Origin: Azoarcus sp.
GTDB taxonomy: Bacteria; Pseudomonadota; Gammaproteobacteria; Burkholderiales; Rhodocyclaceae
Direction: 5' to 3'
Assembly: GCA_031276015.1 (NCBI GenBank)
Contig: JAISNX010000040.1
Location: forward strand, 3,816 to 67,815
Length of the DNA: 64,000 bases
Under the pieces are notes generated by a model. The model ran no database searches and was not told the origin of the DNA. It saw only the letters and a program-made list of their open reading frames with translations. The position numbers and the translations under genes are program-made. Each line of letters begins with the position of its first letter. The stretch's first letter is position 1. Shown piece by piece: positions 61,548-64,000 of this stretch.

Positions 61548-63455
61548 TCAAGCAGAACTTGCCGCCTGCCCGGCATGACGCAAAAACGCTTCAAACGTCA
61601 GCAGCGCATAGAGCGAAACGCCATGGTCGCGCACGCCGAGCAAATGGGTATCCACCAGATGCTGCAAATACCCGGCATCGAAGATGCCCGTGGCCGCGAG
61701 GGTATCGCCCAGGATGATTTCCCGCACCCGTCCCTTGAACGAGCCGCGAAGCCAGTGGTCGAACGGCACGGTAAACCGCTTTCCCGACCGATACAGCACA
61801 TTGCGGGGAAGCTGCGCCGCCATGGTTTTCTTGAGCAGGAAGCGCCCTTCCCTCCCCCGCAGCTTGAATGCCGAAGGCAAGGCGGCAAGCCACTCGACCA
61901 GCATGTGATCGAGCAGCGGCGCGCGGACTTCCAGCGAATGCGCCATGCTGGCGCGGTCGACGCGGGTGTTGACGCATCCGGCCAGGCTGGTCTTGATGTC
62001 CAGATATTGCACGAGCGCCAGCGGGTCGCTGGTCTGCGCGCGGCGGATGTGCCTGCGGAAAACTTCGATGGCCTCGTAACCGGCAAGGTCGCGGCGGAAA
62101 GAGGGGGAAAAAAGACGCCGCCGCATATCGTCATCCAGCAGGGAAACCGAATGAAAATACGCTTCGACCGTGTCCTTCGCAAATGCCTGGAAAACGGCCC
62201 TGCCGCGAAAAATGCGGGGTGCCCACCCCGTTACCGAATACAGCCCCCCGAGCAGCCCGAAAATCGGCTGGCGCACCCCCGCAGGCAACACCGCGCGCAA
62301 ACGCTCTCCCGCCAGATGCAGACGATAGCGGCGATGCCCGGCGAGAATCTCGTCGCCGCCGACGCCCGAAAGCGCCACCGTCATCCGCTCGCGCGCCAGC
62401 GCGCACAGGCGGTAGAACGGCATGGTCGCGTTATCGGCGAAAGGCTCGTCGTACAGACCGGACAAGGTGTCGAGCAGATCGAAATCGTCCGCGCGCGCCG
62501 TGCCGCTGAAATGATTGCCGCAATAGCGCCTGGCGACCGTATCCGCCAGCGCGGCTTCCTTGGCACCGGCCTTGCCGAAGGCGATCGAGCAGGCATCGAC
62601 GGGCTTCTCCGACACGCCCGCCATGGCGGCGAACACGGCGCTGGAATCCGCATCGCCCGTCAGGAGCGCCCCCAGCGGCGTCTCCGCCGCCATGCGCAGC
62701 CTTACCGCCTCGCGCAGACGCCCGCCGAATTCGGCGGCGGCTTCCTCGAAGCCGATGGGATTGTCGAGCGAAAACCGGATGTCCCAATACTCGCGCGGCA
62801 CCGGAAGCGGCCCGCCGCGCCGGACGCTCACGGTATGGCCGGGCGGCAACTTCCAGGCCGACAGGAAGATCGTGCGCGGATCGGGCACATAGCCGAAAGC
62901 GAAAAACTCCTCCACCGCGCGCGAATCGAGCTTGCGCACAAAACCGGGGTGCCGCATCAGCGCCTTGAGTTCGGAGCCGAAAATCACACTGCCATCCCCG
63001 AGCGCCGCATAGTACAAAGGTTTGGCACCGAGGCGGTCGCGGGCGAGAAAAAGCGTCTGCCGGGCGCGATCCCACAACGCAAAAGCAAACATGCCGCGAA
63101 AATGCCCGACGCACGCCTCGCCCCACGCTTCCCAGGCATGGAGAATGACCTCGGTATCGCTGCCGCTACGGAACACATGCCCGAGCGCGGCCAGCTCGGA
63201 GGCCAGCGCCTGGTAGTTATAGATTTCGCCGTCGAAAACCAGCGCCACCGACCCCTCTTCGTTGAGCAAGGGCTGCTGCCCGGTGGCGATGCCGACGACC
63301 GACAAACGCCGATGTCCGAGCGCAAGCCCCGGCTCCAGATGGAGCCTGCCGTCGTTCGGCCCGCGATGGCGTTGGGACTCGTTCATCTCCCGCACCAGAG
63401 TGCAATCGAAATCGCGCAGACCCTGAAGATCGAAAAGACCGACGATACCGCTCAT
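61548..63455 (-). CDS. XrtA/PEP-CTERM-system asparagine-synthase-like amidotransferase, catalytic motifs altered
   Basis: HRGP, LGHRRLS, GEIYN, SDTEVIL, RDRLG.KPLYY, DRASMAHSLEVRAP; N-terminus MSG rather than MCG. Confidence 0.88.
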   Translation of the reverse strand: MSGIVGLFDLQGLRDFDCTLVREMNESQRHRGPNDGRLHLEPGLALGHRRLSVVGIATGQQPLLNEEGSVALVFDGEIYNYQALASELAALGHVFRSGSDTEVILHAWEAWGEACVGHFRGMFAFALWDRARQTLFLARDRLGAKPLYYAALGDGSVIFGSELKALMRHPGFVRKLDSRAVEEFFAFGYVPDPRTIFLSAWKLPPGHTVSVRRGGPLPVPREYWDIRFSLDNPIGFEEAAAEFGGRLREAVRLRMAAETPLGALLTGDADSSAVFAAMAGVSEKPVDACSIAFGKAGAKEAALADTVARRYCGNHFSGTARADDFDLLDTLSGLYDEPFADNATMPFYRLCALARERMTVALSGVGGDEILAGHRRYRLHLAGERLRAVLPAGVRQPIFGLLGGLYSVTGWAPRIFRGRAVFQAFAKDTVEAYFHSVSLLDDDMRRRLFSPSFRRDLAGYEAIEVFRRHIRRAQTSDPLALVQYLDIKTSLAGCVNTRVDRASMAHSLEVRAPLLDHMLVEWLAALPSAFKLRGREGRFLLKKTMAAQLPRNVLYRSGKRFTVPFDHWLRGSFKGRVREIILGDTLAATGIFDAGYLQHLVDTHLLGVRDHGVSLYALLTFEAFLRHAGQAASSA

Positions 63456-63649
63456 ATATTGAATCCTTTTGTTCTGGAAACCGCTTCCGGCAAGGCGCGC
63501 GTGTTTTATTTTCCCGTCCGGCTTTTAGGGAACGCCGGACTTTCGGAAGCATATTGGATATTCCTCCCGCCCGCGAGCGCGGCGCGCGACAAAAAGCGCA
63601 TAAGCGCCACACATTGCCGCGTCCGACTCCGCGCGCGGCGAGCGTTCCG

Positions 63650-64000
63650 TCACAAAATATCCCGGAATACGTCGTCCATTCGCCCCCAGCGGAAATCTTC
63701 GAGCAGCAGGCGCAGACGGCCTTCGGTACGCGACAGGTTGAAGTATTGCCCCAGGCGTGCCCTGAGCGGCGCTTCCCGGACTCTGGGCTGTTCCGGGTCG
63801 ATTTCCCAGGGATGGAAATAAAACACCACGGCGCGCCCATCATGGCGATTGATCCGGGCGATCTGCCAGCGCGACATCTCATACGGCATCAAGCGGAACC
63901 AGACCCCGCCCCCGGCGGGCCAGTTGCGTCCGCCCCAGCGCACGGTGGCGGGCGGAATCTCCGCCAGGCCCGAAGGCAGACGCCAGGGAAAACGCGACGC
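63650..64000 (-). CDS. XrtA-system polysaccharide deacetylase, C-terminal part (truncated by window end)
   Basis: WPAGGG.WFRL.PY, FYFHPWEIDPEQPR, LLEDFRWGRMD; frame open to position 64000. Confidence 0.85.
   Translation of the reverse strand, partial: ASRFPWRLPSGLAEIPPATVRWGGRNWPAGGGVWFRLMPYEMSRWQIARINRHDGRAVVFYFHPWEIDPEQPRVREAPLRARLGQYFNLSRTEGRLRLLLEDFRWGRMDDVFRDIL

Overview
GC-rich betaproteobacterial chromosome segment, probably Rhodocyclales-like (inferred from gene content: PEP-CTERM/XrtA-associated genes, ubiE-Tim44-ubiJ, tig-clpPX-lon-hupB). It opens with a type I-E CRISPR-Cas locus: an array truncated by the window edge (18 full repeats, 32-bp spacers) and cas3 / cas8e-cas11-cas7-cas5-cas6-cas1-cas2 on the minus strand. 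The most striking signal is in the ~730-bp cas3-cas8e gap. It holds an antisense single-spacer mini-array whose first repeat keeps the Cas6 hairpin through compensatory changes. Its spacer partially matches two tandem 34-bp AAG-PAM-flanked sites, which overlap predicted divergent promoters for cas8e and for an unannotated 81-aa ORF with a strong SD. This is a candidate CRISPR-RNA-guided autoregulation / toxin-antitoxin module. The rest is housekeeping genes (gatB, ubiE/J, nnr, tig, clpP, clpX, lon, hupB, rpsO, pnp, tRNA-Asn, hisGD, minCDE, pgsA, uvrD, bioFHCD, dnaB) interspersed with accessory genes. These include a three-gene dynamin-like GTPase operon behind a perfect sigma70 promoter, a VapBC pair, a macB pseudogene, sigma54-type PEP-CTERM and RCC1-like secreted proteins, RTX/TPR/lipoprotein genes, TAGAGC-ended MITE/REP elements and a degenerate-looking XrtA-type EPS cluster. 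All calls come from reading the sequence only; no database searches were run.
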